From: an uncultured virus (IMG/VR IMGVR_UViG_3300026479_000008)
Lineage: Duplodnaviria; Heunggongvirae; Uroviricota; Caudoviricetes
Strand: one strand, 5' to 3'
IMG/VR virus record: IMGVR_UViG_3300026479_000008
DNA length: 64,000 nt
Shown piece after piece: positions 21,431 to 30,813 of the stretch. Position numbers and translations under genes: made by a program. Numbering within the stretch: the stretch's first letter is position 1; each line of letters opens with the position of its first letter. The notes under the pieces are model-generated. The model was given only the letters and a program-made list of their open reading frames with translations, made no database searches and was not told the origin of the DNA.

Positions 21431-23193
21431 TATCCGTTAGCTATTTTTCTAAATTCTCTATTGAGAGCCTTTCTCTTATCTTTACCACCGTAGGCTGTTT
21501 CAATATAAGTTTGATTAACATCAACTCCTTCTTCAGGCTGTAAATAAAATCTACCTCTACCCATATTAAACATAGATTCAATATCCAGTTTATCTCTAGC
21601 TCTACCAGGCTTAAGAGTTATTTCTACTGTCATTCTTTCTGGAAAATCTTGTACACCCATACCTCCTTCAAAGGTAACGTTAGTTTCTCTACATGTTAAA
21701 TTACCTACCATCATTATAGGATTTAAAGGATTACCAACCGTAAGGTGCCATGAACCCGTAGGATCACCTGTTAATAAAGATGCTGCCGCCTGTCCACCTC
21801 CTGGAGAATTAAACATTTTCATTAAAGTACCTCCTAATATATTATTTAAGAATTTAGAATCACCTTTACCAGACATCGCGTTTCCTATATCTTTGGCAAC
21901 TCCTTTAAACATGTCTCCTAAACCAGATGCAACGCTTTTAATAAATCCACTATAATTACCCGATTTAATTAAACTAAGATCACCCAATGGTTTACCAGCT
22001 GATCCGTTTCCTACATATCTAACTGATCCTCCCCAGAAAGGAGCCTGACTGGAAGTTAGTACCATTATGTTTGCTAACTGATCTAGCATTAAAACCTTAG
22101 GATTTGCTCCACCAAAGGATCTTAATTCATATTCAAATTTAAGTTTAAATTCTTGATTAAAAGTTAAACCTTGATCTCTAAAAGATACATCTTTAATTAC
22201 ATTCACCGGACCGAATATATGATTAGGATATGTAGTTGCTTGTGCATCATATCCACTTCCTCCGTTTTTTCTTCTTTGTGCCGTTACACCATCTACACCT
22301 GCCGCTGCATTAGCCGCTGCAGTACCTATTACACTAGAATCTAAGAATTGTCCAAATGCACCTCTTCTGCTTGAGTTATTAGATTGTACAGTTTGCACTG
22401 AAGCTGATTCATCTTTCCAATTATATCCATGTGACCAATTAAGAATTGAGGACATACTATTACCTGTAACTTCACTCATCCATGTTACTGCTCTTGCAAT
22501 ATCGGGTTGATCTGTTTCACGCACTTTACCATCTTTATCAATGTCCATTGGTGTAATAATATCATCCTGTACTGGATATGGAAATCTTCTTAAAGTTAGT
22601 AGATAATTATTAGGTATTTTACCATTATATCTACACATTGCAAAGTCGGCGTAATTATACATATATCCATATCCACTTGAACCGGCTGCATTATTTTTAG
22701 TAACTTCTACTATTTTAGAAACAGTAGGATTATCTAATGTTCTCTCGTCTATTTTATTATATTCAATAGAGTCTACTCCTTTAGACTTAGCAGCTCCACC
22801 TGGTGTAAAGAAACTACCTCTATAATTTACTAGAGTATATTTATTAAAAGTAGAATATGCATGTACACCATCCGTTATTTTTTCTTTAGTGTCTTTTCCA
22901 TCCTTTCCTCTTTTATAATATATTACTGAGTCAGCCTCTTGTGTATAATATTGTGATTTTCCACCAGGAGCAACGTTACTTAAAGGCTCACCCACTAAAA
23001 GAGCTCTACTTCTTGTGTTAGGGTTATCAAACGTTCCGAGCAGTGTATTCTGAGGATCTACATTCGCAGAACGAGCACCCTTTCCGTCTGGGCTTGACAA
23101 ATTAAAGAAGTTATCTACTTTATCTCCAAATCCTGAAACTGATGATTTTAAACTGGAAGCGGCTCCCGCTGATACTAATCCAAATAATGGCAT
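21430..23193 (-). CDS. Putative baseplate/tail-tube initiator protein (587 aa)
   Basis: First gene of the baseplate operon; F.LKFEY and FPERMTVEITL segments resemble tube-initiator folds. Confidence 0.45.
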   Translation of the reverse strand: MPLFGLVSAGAASSLKSSVSGFGDKVDNFFNLSSPDGKGARSANVDPQNTLLGTFDNPNTRSRALLVGEPLSNVAPGGKSQYYTQEADSVIYYKRGKDGKDTKEKITDGVHAYSTFNKYTLVNYRGSFFTPGGAAKSKGVDSIEYNKIDERTLDNPTVSKIVEVTKNNAAGSSGYGYMYNYADFAMCRYNGKIPNNYLLTLRRFPYPVQDDIITPMDIDKDGKVRETDQPDIARAVTWMSEVTGNSMSSILNWSHGYNWKDESASVQTVQSNNSSRRGAFGQFLDSSVIGTAAANAAAGVDGVTAQRRKNGGSGYDAQATTYPNHIFGPVNVIKDVSFRDQGLTFNQEFKLKFEYELRSFGGANPKVLMLDQLANIMVLTSSQAPFWGGSVRYVGNGSAGKPLGDLSLIKSGNYSGFIKSVASGLGDMFKGVAKDIGNAMSGKGDSKFLNNILGGTLMKMFNSPGGGQAAASLLTGDPTGSWHLTVGNPLNPIMMVGNLTCRETNVTFEGGMGVQDFPERMTVEITLKPGRARDKLDIESMFNMGRGRFYLQPEEGVDVNQTYIETAYGGKDKRKALNREFRKIANG

Positions 23194-23221
23194 ATTGTAA
23201 TATTATGTTTTTACTAGGTTT

Positions 23222-23230
23222 TATATATTC
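23222..23230 (-). promoter_or_regulatory. Putative late promoter GAATATATA (baseplate operon)
   Basis: At the 5' end of the baseplate operon; same sequence at 11639-11647. Confidence 0.55.
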
Positions 23231-23819
23231 ACAATTCTATGTCATCCAGATCGTCTGACTGTGGTCTATATAAAAGCTTATCATAATATTTATCCGTCTT
23301 TGGTTCTCTATCTCCTAAAAACTTCTTGAGATGGGCAGCATATACTCCCCTGGATTGATAATAATATTTGCCAGAAGAATATACACTTCTGCTTGAGAGT
23401 TCAAATATATCTTTAAAATTCTTTTCGATTAAGAAATCTTGTATATTATTAAATAGATCTATTACCTCTGTCTTGGTTTTAACACACATTACAGAATCAA
23501 CTGAGATCATATAAGATTCCCATTTAGAATCTATTTGATTCTGAAAATCTTTCATAGATTTATAGTTCTTTCTAGTAAGACCGAATGTTGTAGTTCTATT
23601 ATTAAAGTCTTTTGAAAACTTCATACCGAAGAGATATCTTTTTAAGAAATCTATGTTGTCATGAAACTTAGTAATTCTTATTTGATACCTTGGCATATCC
23701 TCGTCGAACTTAACGTCATGAATTATTCCATAAACGGGAAATACAATGTGAGAATGTCTAGTGTTGGATATAAGGGCATGTATTCTTTCACCCTTTGAAA
23801 ATAACTTATGCCTTATCAT
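23229..23819 (-). CDS. Hypothetical protein
   Basis: 196-aa ORF in a tightly coupled run. Confidence 0.65.
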   Translation of the reverse strand: MIRHKLFSKGERIHALISNTRHSHIVFPVYGIIHDVKFDEDMPRYQIRITKFHDNIDFLKRYLFGMKFSKDFNNRTTTFGLTRKNYKSMKDFQNQIDSKWESYMISVDSVMCVKTKTEVIDLFNNIQDFLIEKNFKDIFELSSRSVYSSGKYYYQSRGVYAAHLKKFLGDREPKTDKYYDKLLYRPQSDDLDDIEL

Positions 23820-24220
23820 TATAGATCGATTATCTTGACGCTTTCGAATCTTTTAAGAACGCCTTTAGGATAATCATCTCTGTTAATGACTGTTAAGTTT
23901 AGTGATGCATCAGGTTCTATTGTTTCTTTTAAAAATAATTTAAAGTTGTCAATAGTTTCTGCATCTAAATTTTTAAATAAGTAAATGATTTTTTCTAAGT
24001 CGGCATTCTTATTTAGAACATTAATGAAAGAATCTCTTATTGCAAGACCAATTACAGAGCGATGTGGTTCAGTGTCATAGGGATCTGATTTAACTAGCTT
24101 ATTTCTAATGCTATAGAAATCTATAACCGTTTCTCCTGGGTTGTTTCTACAGAATTTATTAAATTCCTTTCTACTATTACACCATACACATTCTATTGTA
24201 ATTTCAGTCGTTGTTGTCAT
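23819..24220 (-). CDS. Hypothetical protein
   Basis: 133-aa ORF with overlapping start/stop. Confidence 0.65.
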   Translation of the reverse strand: MTTTTEITIECVWCNSRKEFNKFCRNNPGETVIDFYSIRNKLVKSDPYDTEPHRSVIGLAIRDSFINVLNKNADLEKIIYLFKNLDAETIDNFKLFLKETIEPDASLNLTVINRDDYPKGVLKRFESVKIIDL

Positions 24221-24531
24221 CTTATCAATTTCTCCAATTCTTTAATTTTAGTTTGTAAAGTTTGGATTTTATGTTTTGTTTCGATGGTAGAGGGACTGTA
24301 ATTAGTTCCCCATTCAGTGACCACCTTTATTTGATTAGATTGTTTTGAATTACCAAAATCTAATCCGACATCGATACAGATATCTCTGATAAAATTTAAT
24401 CTATCATCGATACCTTTATCAAAATCATAGACAATAACTGACTCGTATTTCTCACCAGCCGCATTGATGTTATCATCTGTTACGGTTTTAATTACACCGT
24501 TATCTGCTATCTTAAGAGTTATCTCCTGCAT
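24217..24531 (-). CDS. Hypothetical protein
   Basis: 104-aa ORF, ATGA overlap with the next gene. Confidence 0.65.
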   Translation of the reverse strand: MQEITLKIADNGVIKTVTDDNINAAGEKYESVIVYDFDKGIDDRLNFIRDICIDVGLDFGNSKQSNQIKVVTEWGTNYSPSTIETKHKIQTLQTKIKELEKLIR

Positions 24532-24898
24532 TTAGTCTTTCTTCTAGGGATTGTTGAACTTTCTTGTATATTTTCCTAGCCGCTTTTCTATCAGCTCTAT
24601 AAGTTTCTTTATCTTTGATTGTAGTCATTGCGAAGGCTTCTTCTAATAAATCAATCTCTTCTTTATTATAACCCACCTTAGTCCATGTTTCCTTTAATGA
24701 ATTAAGCTTTGAACCTAACTGCTCTTCAATTTGGTCATTGACTTTTTTCTCATGAGCCTCTTGGAATTGTTTTCCTTCCTCCTGTTTCATGGCGTACCAC
24801 GCTATTCCTTTTTCAGAGAATCTTCCCCATTCGTTTTTAGCTTTTAATAACCCAGCTCTTTTATAGGTGTCTCTTCTGTATTTTCTTGCTTGACTCAT
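24512..24898 (-). CDS. Hypothetical helical protein
   Basis: 128-aa ORF, coupled. Confidence 0.65.
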   Translation of the reverse strand: MSQARKYRRDTYKRAGLLKAKNEWGRFSEKGIAWYAMKQEEGKQFQEAHEKKVNDQIEEQLGSKLNSLKETWTKVGYNKEEIDLLEEAFAMTTIKDKETYRADRKAARKIYKKVQQSLEERLNAGDNS

Positions 24899-25413
24899 AG
24901 TTTATAATAATTAGTTACAAATTCAGTTATTTGTTCGTTTAAAAATTCTTGTAGGTTATTTATCTCTATTTGAGAAACAGCTGATTTAGAGATCTCTTCT
25001 AAGATTTGTTCTTTTTCTTCTTCAGAGTTTTCAACTAGCATGTTAAATATTTCTTTCTTAGGAAGATTAATTCCTACGCTTAATTGAAATGATTCGACAT
25101 TCTTAGCAGATAAAGTTTTAATTAATTGACCAAGGGGAGAAGTATTTTCTTTAACTTCTACCTTTTTTTCAATTTCTTTAACGGGAGCTTTTTTAGGCGT
25201 AGGTGTAGTTCCTACAAGCTCGACTCCAGGAAATGGTAATCCTTCAGTAGTTATTAGTTCTAAAAACTCAGGTAATACTTTGTTGAATATTTTAGATCCA
25301 TCTTTAAAGTAAGTAAATTCAGAATCTTTAGATTCTACCTCAACCACTTTACCAAAATTATCTCCCTTTTTCCACTGATATTTTACAATATCTTTTTCTT
25401 CAGTTGTTTGCAT
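24895..25413 (-). CDS. Hypothetical protein
   Basis: 172-aa ORF downstream of an AAAC-N17-TATAAT motif. Confidence 0.65.
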   Translation of the reverse strand: MQTTEEKDIVKYQWKKGDNFGKVVEVESKDSEFTYFKDGSKIFNKVLPEFLELITTEGLPFPGVELVGTTPTPKKAPVKEIEKKVEVKENTSPLGQLIKTLSAKNVESFQLSVGINLPKKEIFNMLVENSEEEKEQILEEISKSAVSQIEINNLQEFLNEQITEFVTNYYKL

Positions 25414-25431
25414 GATTTAACCTATTTTATT

Positions 25432-25458
25432 ATTATACACCTAAACTTAGAAAAGTTT
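25432..25458 (-). promoter_or_regulatory. Putative middle promoter AAAC-N17-TATAAT
   Basis: Minus strand taAAC ttttctaagtttaggtg TATAAT; one of 12 copies with identical 17-nt spacing. Confidence 0.7.
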
Positions 25459-25662
25459 AAGCTGTGGTATAATATAGAAGGTATTAGATTCTCCTTCTTG
25501 ATAGAACTTTATAAAGTCGTTTATAAAGGCATGGGATGTAGATGGTCCTATCATTGCCTCTGTCTTTTTAATATACCTTCTAAAAAACTCATGGCTTCCA
25601 TGTTCTTTTAAATAGTCTTCTAGGCGGTTTACTTCTGGTAAGTTTATTTTATTAATGCTCAT
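25447..25662 (-). CDS. Hypothetical protein
   Basis: 71-aa ORF overlapping the dCMP deaminase stop. Confidence 0.55.
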   Translation of the reverse strand: MSINKINLPEVNRLEDYLKEHGSHEFFRRYIKKTEAMIGPSTSHAFINDFIKFYQEGESNTFYIIPQLKLF

Positions 25663-26158
25663 TCCATACGATTACTTGTTCAACAATAATTCCTGCCTTT
25701 TTTAATAAAGAAATACCTGACAGATCTCTATATCCTTCACAGTAGAATACTTTTTCTACACCAGCTTGTATAATTAACTTAGCGCATTCAAAGCATGGAG
25801 AAGTAGTAGTATATAGGATCGATCCTTTCGAAGTAAGTGTAGATTTTGAAATCTTCATTAGTGCATTTGATTCTGCATGTAAGACTTCTTGTTTAGTAAC
25901 TTGTTTAGAACAACAAGTATCTTCACATTCATATCCTTTTTCTATTAAAATTTCTTTGTGATCAGGATTATCTATATTTCTAGTTTGAGTTTCTTCACAT
26001 TGATTATCAAAACCATGTGGAGTTCCATTATATCCAAATGAAACAATCTGCTCGTCTTTAACTACTATACAGCCGACTTTCCTTCTCTCAGCATAACTAA
26101 GTTTAGAAATTTGATATGCTATTTGCATGTATATTACGTCTACTGAAATTCTTGGCAT
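25652..26158 (-). CDS. dCMP deaminase
   Basis: KVGC, GYNGTP, HAESNA and SPCFECAK zinc-deaminase motifs. Confidence 0.92.
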   Translation of the reverse strand: MPRISVDVIYMQIAYQISKLSYAERRKVGCIVVKDEQIVSFGYNGTPHGFDNQCEETQTRNIDNPDHKEILIEKGYECEDTCCSKQVTKQEVLHAESNALMKISKSTLTSKGSILYTTTSPCFECAKLIIQAGVEKVFYCEGYRDLSGISLLKKAGIIVEQVIVWNEH

Positions 26159-26173
26159 ATTACTTTATAAATA

Positions 26174-26205
26174 AAAAGGGTCCATGTATTATACATGAAC
26201 CCTTT
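26174..26205 (-). terminator. Terminator hairpin overlapping the dCMP deaminase promoter
   Basis: Minus strand AAAGGGTTCATGTA-TAA-TACATGGACCCTTTTT. Confidence 0.65.
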
Positions 26206-26214
26206 AAAAAGTTT
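26188..26214 (-). promoter_or_regulatory. Putative middle promoter AAAC-N17-TATAAT
   Basis: taAAC tttttaaagggttcatg TATAAT upstream of dCMP deaminase. Confidence 0.7.
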
Positions 26215-26232
26215 ATATTGTTAATTTTAATA

Positions 26233-27258
26233 TTAAGCTTCTGGAGTTTCCTCACCAACAGCTGAATCAGATTCTTTCATCTCATTCACTTTCTTAGAAT
26301 ATGCTTCGATCATTTCATTACATGCAGCTTCATAAGCTTCAACTGAATAATCTTCTTTCATTTCTTTAAGGCATTGAGCAGCCATTCCGCCAACTAATGC
26401 AGCATTTTCTTTCATATAAGTTTCAACAGTATGCTCATCATGTGCATCGTCTTCCCATGCTTTAGCTTCATTTTTACAAGATTCGTAAACCTCTTTTAAC
26501 ATATCAGAAACTAGTGCTGTTTCTTCCTCTTCTTCAGCAACCTCTTCAGTTTCTTCTTCAGCAACTTCTTTAGTTTCTTCTTCAGCAACAACTTCTTCAG
26601 TTTCTTCTTCAGCAACTTCTTCAGTTTCTTCAGCTTCAGAAATTTCTTCATTTCCAGCAGCATCAACAGTGTCTTCTAATTCAGCTTCTAATTCGTCTGA
26701 TTTGTCTTCAGGAGTTTCACAGTCATTATCAACTACTTCAGTTTCATCTTTTAAATCTTCAGCAGGTAAACCAGCTTCTTCACCAGATTCAGTTACTGCT
26801 TCGATGTTTTCAACTATTTCATCTTCGATTACTTCTTCAGATTCTTTAATACCTAAGAAATCGGCAGCAGCTGCCTTTAATTCGTCATAAGTATATTTGC
26901 CTGCTAGAGCGTCATCAAGAATTGTTCCTCCTTTTTTACCAATCGCGTATAATGATACGTGATCAAATCCTAACCAAGGTCCAACGAATTCGTCTGATGC
27001 TTTTAAACCTAAATCAACGGATAGTGTCCATGATAAAGATCTTCTTCCTAGGAATTGGTCATTGTAACCTAATTTTCCAGCTTTAATATAACCGGATGCG
27101 TTTACTGCTTCTTCTATAGCATCACCGTTTCCTTGAACTTCTTCCGCTTTTTCTTCAGATTGTTCAACTGGCTCAGCTGTTGCAACTACGTCTTGTTGCA
27201 CCTCCTCAGTTCTATCCATCTCAGATAAAAACTGTTCAAATGATTTTAATTTTGCCAT
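26233..27258 (-). CDS. Highly acidic putative internal head/scaffold-like protein with EEETEEVA repeats
   Basis: Starts MAKLKSFEQFLSE; very Glu-rich; preceded by GATATATA at 27299-27306. Confidence 0.6.
   Translation of the reverse strand: MAKLKSFEQFLSEMDRTEEVQQDVVATAEPVEQSEEKAEEVQGNGDAIEEAVNASGYIKAGKLGYNDQFLGRRSLSWTLSVDLGLKASDEFVGPWLGFDHVSLYAIGKKGGTILDDALAGKYTYDELKAAAADFLGIKESEEVIEDEIVENIEAVTESGEEAGLPAEDLKDETEVVDNDCETPEDKSDELEAELEDTVDAAGNEEISEAEETEEVAEEETEEVVAEEETKEVAEEETEEVAEEEEETALVSDMLKEVYESCKNEAKAWEDDAHDEHTVETYMKENAALVGGMAAQCLKEMKEDYSVEAYEAACNEMIEAYSKKVNEMKESDSAVGEETPEA
26520..26640 (-). repeat. Coding tandem repeat (EEETEEVA, about 4-5 imperfect copies)
   Basis: Recurring cttcttcagcaac(t/c)tcttcagttt units. 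Confidence 0.75.
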
Positions 27259-27311
27259 AATTTTTTATTTTATTTGTTTTATTGTATTAATTACTATCTA
27301 TATATCCCTTT

Positions 27312-27794
27312 TTATAGGGTTTTAATCTTATTTTGTTTCATCCAGGCTTCTAGCTCTTTAACTGCTCTATCGAATACCCTGTTTCTATCAATTTTTAATT
27401 CAAATGAATTAAAGTAATTTTTCATCATATAATACGCAGGTTCTACGCTTTCATCATTCGCTGCTAGATCTTCTACGTGTTTAGAAACTTCATACGCATA
27501 ATATGCAGATTTTTCAGCCATAGGGTTTGTCATTGCTTGATAGAATTGTCCACCATAGAATTTACCTACTATGTCTCCGAATTTTTCTTTCATTTCTATC
27601 CATGAAATTCCTTCTAATCCAATCCATAATTTGGCTTGAACAGATTTCGTATCTTTTCTAATAAAACCGGCCTTAGCCATTTCTTTAGATATATCTTTAA
27701 TTTTCTTAGGAATTGGTAATTTACCAAACTCTTTTTCCCATGTAGAAATTTCTTTGTCGTTTACAAAGGATTCAAATAGCTTTATGTGTTTCAT
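27312..27794 (-). CDS. Hypothetical protein with capsid-targeting-like N-terminus
   Basis: Starts MKHIKLFESFVND. Confidence 0.65.
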   Translation of the reverse strand: MKHIKLFESFVNDKEISTWEKEFGKLPIPKKIKDISKEMAKAGFIRKDTKSVQAKLWIGLEGISWIEMKEKFGDIVGKFYGGQFYQAMTNPMAEKSAYYAYEVSKHVEDLAANDESVEPAYYMMKNYFNSFELKIDRNRVFDRAVKELEAWMKQNKIKTL

Positions 27795-28135
27795 TTTTTA
27801 GTTATTTGTATTTTCAAAGAAGAAGTACCCTGTATAATTCTATGATACTCTCCTGCATTTACTTCTATATATCCTTTTAATTCTATAGGGAGCTTATTAT
27901 CATATTGGAACTTCCAATCATTTTCGTTTAAAGCTTCGATAACCCTGTCCTCCTCGTCGAAGTGCCATTTAAAAAGATGTTCAGGTTGGTTTGGTAAGAA
28001 TTCTCTAATGATTATATTTTTTGAAACAGTCGTCTCCGTAAAGGGTAATGTTTTATCATCGACCATGGATATCATTTCTTCCATGGACATTTCTCCACAA
28101 CCGCAACTTTTACATTTACAATCTTTATCTACCAT
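27791..28135 (-). CDS. Cupin-like small protein
   Basis: WHFDEEDR...GEYHRII His-containing cupin-like motifs. Confidence 0.5.
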   Translation of the reverse strand: MVDKDCKCKSCGCGEMSMEEMISMVDDKTLPFTETTVSKNIIIREFLPNQPEHLFKWHFDEEDRVIEALNENDWKFQYDNKLPIELKGYIEVNAGEYHRIIQGTSSLKIQITKK

Positions 28136-28668
28136 GGTTGATCACTTTTTATACCAAGCTGTTTTCCAAAAAGAGTAGGTCCGTAACATGCCCAAAATCC
28201 CGCCTTAGTCGGATCCATCTTAGCCATTTTATCACAACCGTGTCTAGCCCAAAAGTTAGCTGCTCTTCCCGGGTCGTCGTTCTTAATAGTAGATGAAGGA
28301 TCTCCCCATTCTAATTTCTTAGCAATGATGTTTCCTTCTTTATCAGTTCTTCCACTATTTCTGTAAACTATGAATTTCTTATTTCCACCCCTTGTTGGTG
28401 AATCTAATTTTACATTCTTTTGATTTCCTCCTCTAGGTTTATAGACTGCTTTAGTTCCTACTTCTAGATTTTTAGCCATCCATCCTGAAGGACCCTTTAA
28501 GATAATATTGTTTTTATCCCAATATTGCTTTACTTCTTCAAATAATTCAATATATGCATCGCTTCCTAAACGAAAGAATGAATTAGTAAGATCTAATCCT
28601 TCTTCAATGTGAGCTTTTAATTCGGGGGAAACTTCGTTCCAATCTTCAAATGTCTTTATAAACTTCAT
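28129..28668 (-). CDS. Conserved phage protein (DUF6321-like) with capsid-targeting-like N-terminus
   Basis: Starts MKFIKTFEDWNE; C-terminal DDPGRAANFWARHGC...KAGFWAC motif; GATATATA at 28673-28680. Confidence 0.65.
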   Translation of the reverse strand: MKFIKTFEDWNEVSPELKAHIEEGLDLTNSFFRLGSDAYIELFEEVKQYWDKNNIILKGPSGWMAKNLEVGTKAVYKPRGGNQKNVKLDSPTRGGNKKFIVYRNSGRTDKEGNIIAKKLEWGDPSSTIKNDDPGRAANFWARHGCDKMAKMDPTKAGFWACYGPTLFGKQLGIKSDQPW

Positions 28669-28679
28669 AACTTATATAT

Positions 28680-29612
28680 CTATGATAGAACGAGCTCCTT
28701 TAAAAACTCCTGCTTGTATCGCTGTAGGGCAAGTTCTTTCGCCTTTGCTTCGAGTTCGATATCTAGATCCATACCATACGTTTCAATGTGATCATATACA
28801 TAATCAGCATGTGCACGTTTATTGCCTTGTGTAGCATCTTCGTGTATTTGTTTACATGAAGAATAGTGGCATAGTTGGCGAATTCCTTTAGGCCATGATT
28901 TAGCTGCAAGTTCTAGAGCTTCTTTTTCTGGCATTGAATCTTCGTAGCACCAGTGATGATGATAGTCAAATGTGATTGGAGTTTTACCCGTTAATAGATG
29001 TATGTCATATAAATCCTGTACCGAATACTGTGCTGTTTTGTCATCGTTTTCGATAACTAGACGATTCGCTGCACCTGGAGTAAGTCGCTTGAAATTTTCA
29101 GCAAATCTTTTCTTAGTAGCTTCTTTATCGTCGTAGGTTCCGCCGATGTGAATATTGATAGCAGCATAAGGAGTTTGTGGTAAATCTAGCATATCCATTA
29201 TTTCGCCGTGTTGACGTAAATCTTTAAGGGCTTTGATAACTACCTTTTCATTCGGAGAAGCAAGAACATTGAAAGGACCTGGATGGAATGTCAATCTTTG
29301 GCCATATTGTTTAGCAAGTTTACCTGCACCTTTCATTAGATTACACACTTTGTCATAATCAGGAAGTTCAGATAATTCGTATTCCGACATCCATGGAAAT
29401 AGATTACTTGACATACGATACATTGTTATGTCGTTCTTGTAATTCCACTTGATAATTTCTATCATGTCCTTGATATTTAACACTGCAAGTTCTGATGCGT
29501 ATTTAATACCTTTTTCCATGAAGGTTCTTTTAATCATTTTTCTACCAACATATATGTTCGATTCTTTTTTAAGAGTCATGTTGATACAACAATATCCGTA
29601 GTCTGCTGCCAT
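28680..29612 (-). CDS. uvsE: UV DNA damage repair endonuclease UvsE/UVDE
   Basis: GYCCIN, YRMSS.LFP, RLTFHPGPFNVLAS, IENDDK, FDYHHH, HADY, ELEAKAKE. Confidence 0.93.
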   Translation of the reverse strand: MAADYGYCCINMTLKKESNIYVGRKMIKRTFMEKGIKYASELAVLNIKDMIEIIKWNYKNDITMYRMSSNLFPWMSEYELSELPDYDKVCNLMKGAGKLAKQYGQRLTFHPGPFNVLASPNEKVVIKALKDLRQHGEIMDMLDLPQTPYAAINIHIGGTYDDKEATKKRFAENFKRLTPGAANRLVIENDDKTAQYSVQDLYDIHLLTGKTPITFDYHHHWCYEDSMPEKEALELAAKSWPKGIRQLCHYSSCKQIHEDATQGNKRAHADYVYDHIETYGMDLDIELEAKAKELALQRYKQEFLKELVLS

Positions 29613-29616
29613 ATAT

Positions 29617-29643
29617 TTTATATTAAGAGTTTGTATTAAGTTT
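29617..29643 (-). promoter_or_regulatory. Putative middle promoter AAAC-N17-TATAAA
   Basis: gAAAC ttaatacaaactcttaa TATAAA upstream of uvsE. Confidence 0.6.
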
Positions 29644-29865
29644 CTTTTTTACTTCTTTGACCGTTCGTTCGGCCATGCATGCTTCTTCTAACGTAAATAC
29701 ATCGAAATCCATAAAAAGTAATCGGTCTTCAGTCTGAACAAACAGATTGTCACCAATTACTTCATATCCATTTTGTCTGTATACTACACTGTCTTCTATT
29801 CGTACGACATGAGTCGTGCCTTCGATTCTAGCAATGCGTTCATACATTGAAATCATTAGTCCCAT
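29623..29865 (-). CDS. Hypothetical protein (start may be 29856)
   Basis: Short ORF coupled to the upstream gene. Confidence 0.55.
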   Translation of the reverse strand: MGLMISMYERIARIEGTTHVVRIEDSVVYRQNGYEVIGDNLFVQTEDRLLFMDFDVFTLEEACMAERTVKEVKKKLNTNS

Positions 29866-30269
29866 TGCTTTTCAAATTCGTACCAATGATCTGTTTCTGC
29901 ACAACACTTGAGTCCGTCGACAATAAGCATATCAATTTCAGAAGCGGAGAGAGTGTCGAACCATGCGCTAATGATACCTTCTAAAAGAGGAAGAGTTTCC
30001 TCAGATGTCATTGAATTGCGACCCATGTTAGAATAAATGTATTCTTCCTGTGCTTGTCTAACAATTGCTCCACCAATTCTAATTGCTACATCACCGTTAT
30101 CGTTAAATCGCCTTCCTGAAAAGTATTCGCCATCTCCGAACTTTTCGAAAATATCCTTTTCTGGATGTCTCATTTTAAAGATTCCAATTTGAGTAGTGAG
30201 ATGTGGGATAATAGATTTTGCAGGTTCATACCAACTAATTCCGTTTGCTTTGATTGATTCTAAGTTCAT
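29856..30269 (-). CDS. Hypothetical early protein
   Basis: 137-aa ORF right after the 60-bp repeated element. Confidence 0.65.
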   Translation of the reverse strand: MNLESIKANGISWYEPAKSIIPHLTTQIGIFKMRHPEKDIFEKFGDGEYFSGRRFNDNGDVAIRIGGAIVRQAQEEYIYSNMGRNSMTSEETLPLLEGIISAWFDTLSASEIDMLIVDGLKCCAETDHWYEFEKQWD

Positions 30270-30288
30270 GTGTTTGTTTTAATTATTA

Positions 30289-30347
30289 ATTACTATACTA
30301 ATATAAGCAAAATACTTGAGATAAAAAAACATTTTACTGTTTATTTT
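30289..30347 (-). promoter_or_regulatory. Repeated 60-bp element, copy 1 (putative early promoter)
   Basis: Near-identical to 30725-30790 and 36599-36664; minus strand ends TTTTGCTTATATTAGTATAGTAAT. Confidence 0.75.
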
Positions 30348-30484
30348 TAATCTTCTTTATTTTTATGCTTATTCTTTCTTCGATACTTTTTCTTGTTTCT
30401 CACAGGAGTAGGCATACGAAGGGCATCAAGCCACTCTTGTAATGTTAAATTTACTTCTTTTAATTTCTTACCCTTGTTTTCCAT
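30347..30484 (-). CDS. Small basic protein (45 aa), ArfA/BrfA-like; not in the ORF track
   Basis: Hand translation MENKGKKLKEVNLTLQEWLDALRMPTPVRNKKKYRRKNKHKNKED; ATG overlaps the TAA of the upstream gene (TAATG); fills the intergenic gap exactly. Confidence 0.65.
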   Translation of the reverse strand: MENKGKKLKEVNLTLQEWLDALRMPTPVRNKKKYRRKNKHKNKED

Positions 30485-30708
30485 TACCTTTCTAAGATTA
30501 CAAAATCTCCAAACGCTTCGTCAAATACCTTAATAAGATTTTCATAGTCTCCTCCTGTCATTTGAGAATAAAGAGTTTCCCAATCCTTTCCAAGATCTTT
30601 TGAAAAACTTTTTGCGTAGGCTAATAGCATGAAGGCATTTCCTTCAGGACCCGTTAAGTCGATTATTACAGGATTTGATTGATGTTTGTGAAGTTTTTTT
30701 CTGATCAT
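30484..30708 (-). CDS. Conserved small phage protein
   Basis: IDLTGPEGNAF...MTGGDYENLI motif recalled from many phage genomes. Confidence 0.7.
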   Translation of the reverse strand: MIRKKLHKHQSNPVIIDLTGPEGNAFMLLAYAKSFSKDLGKDWETLYSQMTGGDYENLIKVFDEAFGDFVILER

Positions 30709-30724
30709 TATTATTGCTTGATTG

Positions 30725-30790
30725 ATTACTATACTAATATAAGCAAAAAATCTGAGATAAAAAAACTTTTAGCTGTTTATTTTCAAAAAA
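30725..30790 (-). promoter_or_regulatory. Repeated 60-bp element, copy 2 (putative early promoter)
   Basis: attactatactaatataagcaaaaaatctgagataaaaaaacttttagctgtttattttcaaaaaa. Confidence 0.75.
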
Positions 30791-30813
30791 CTTTTGGTTA
30801 TAACCAGAAGTTA

